A stretch of DNA of 64,000 nt from Octopus bimaculoides (Eukaryota), in contig NC_068993.1 in NCBI RefSeq assembly GCF_001194135.2, positions 26,055,321-26,119,320 on the forward strand. The letters run 5' to 3'. This document shows, piece after piece, positions 63,696 to 64,000 of the stretch (positions are counted from its first letter, which is position 1; each line of letters opens with the position of its first letter). A program made the translations under genes and the position numbers. A model generated the notes under the pieces. It was not told where the DNA came from, did no database searches, and was given only the letters and a program-made list of their open reading frames with translations.

Positions 63696-64000
63696 ATCAT
63701 CATCATCATCGTTTAACGTCCGTTTTCTATGTTGGACAGTTTGACCGAGGTCTGAAGAGCCAGCGGCTGCACCAGGCTCCAATCTGATCTGGCAATGTTT
63801 CTACAGCTGGATGCCCTTCCCAATGCTAACCACTCCGAGAGTATAATGGGTGCTTTTTACGTGCCACTGGCACAGGAGCCTGTCACGGGATACTGGTGTC
63901 AGACACGTTCGGATGATGTTTTTTATGTACCAGCAGCAGGGGAGCCAGTCAGGGGGCACTGGCCACAGCTACAATTTTGGTTTTACTTGACTCAACAGGT
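63696..64000 (-). mobile_element. RTE 3' UTR/tail copy continuing beyond the window
   Basis: Collinear with 26760-27230. Confidence 0.85.

Overview
AT-rich, repeat-saturated eukaryotic non-coding DNA. The SINE/LINE families and the microsatellite density suggest an octopus (cephalopod) assembly; this is inference. I found no host protein-coding exon that I can support, and most of the supplied ORFs are microsatellite or gap artefacts. The window is a layered record of transposable elements: several RTE-clade LINE fragments and their 3' tails, R4/Dong-, HERO- and Tx1/L1-like non-LTR remnants, a TIR-bounded Tc1-type transposon with DD36E spacing, a decayed maT-like transposase, an internally deleted piggyBac nested in a SINE with a matching MITE elsewhere, other MITEs, a Helitron-like element, a possibly very decayed Gypsy element, at least three tRNA-derived SINE families, a 5S rRNA pseudogene, a 26-bp minisatellite and four N gaps. 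The most unusual structure is a 330-bp insertion at 34655-34984. It is flanked by a 12-bp target-site duplication and combines a tRNA-Arg-like Pol III head, a hammerhead-ribozyme-like core and an inverted, internally deleted copy of itself, which resembles a Penelope-mobilised, retrozyme-like SINE. Also notable are an apparently perfect 379-bp inverted duplication (29598-30672) and two interlocked perfect palindromes (62943-63033). Boundaries of decayed elements are approximate, and all family assignments come from motif recall without database searches.
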